From Felis catus (Eukaryota): a stretch of DNA of 64,000 bases. The stretch is taken from the NCBI RefSeq assembly GCF_018350175.1, contig NC_058368.1, positions 43,898,001 through 43,962,000 of the forward strand, given 5' to 3'. Positions 63,371 to 64,000 of the stretch are shown one piece after another; the stretch's first letter is position 1; each line of letters starts with the position of its first letter. A program made the position numbers and the translations under genes. The notes below the pieces were generated by a model, which worked only from the letters and a program-made list of their open reading frames with translations, was not told the DNA's origin and made no database searches.

Positions 63371-64000
63371 TTGTGAGTCAAAGTAAGGTATGTGAATTTA
63401 AATGTACCTATTTCCAATGAAGTCCATGCAATTAAATATTAAGATATAAAACAATTAAATGTTATTATTGCAGAAAAATAGCTATTATTTCAGTAGGCTT
63501 GCAAAATTGTTTGGTCATTTATGTCTTAGTGACATAGTTTGGCAGCAGCCTTTTTCCCATTTTATAGTAACATGTCTCCTGGCATTTTGTACTAATCTAG
63601 CATAGATACCATGATCTGGATATTATTTCTACTGGGGAGCATTATTTTCATGTTTTTGGAATCAGTATCATAAAATGTTTGTAGTTATTGCAACTATCTA
63701 GGCAATATAAAAAAAAGGACTCTATGAAACTGAATCACTAAACATTTTGTTTTAACAGTGCAGGATTGTCCTCTGTGTTATTTACTTTGCTGAAACATTT
63801 GCATGAACTAAAAGAATGTTCTTTATACCTGATTTACATTTGGCATTAAGTTACTTAATATTGTCATGTTATTACACTTTTATAAAGTTTACTCTATAAG
63901 ATCCTAAGAAGGGAAATGAGGAAAAATAGTTTATTTGAAAAAGTTGGCTACTGGATTGTGTTACTGGGATTGGATCCTGAAATAGAAAACAGGGTTGGGA

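Overview
AT-rich, non-coding mammalian DNA from a cat-family (Felidae) genome. The assignment rests on about 33 tRNA-derived CanSINEs, several of the young felid SINEC_Fc type with intact CpGs and perfect target-site duplications (TSDs), and a felid-type L1 3' UTR. The rest is older L1 fragments, L2/MIR remnants, MaLR/ERVL/ERV1 LTR pieces and microsatellites. I find no host protein-coding exon, rRNA, true tRNA or CRISPR array. The ORF track consists of SINE, microsatellite, L1 or chance ORFs. The window looks like a gene desert or a large intron. Best leads: (1) a near-perfect 40-bp-stem/11-nt-loop hairpin at 41884-41974 inside a decayed ERVL pol remnant, apparently made by a recent fold-back template switch and shaped like a pre-miRNA; (2) a 5'-inverted (twin-primed) L1 missing roughly 2.7 kb, inserted into an older antisense L1; (3) three exact copies of a 17-mer joining a TCF/LEF motif to a SOX motif at 1976-2040; (4) several nested SINE insertions with clean TSDs. 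Repeat family names come from recalled consensus similarity, not a database search. Boundaries of old elements are approximate.
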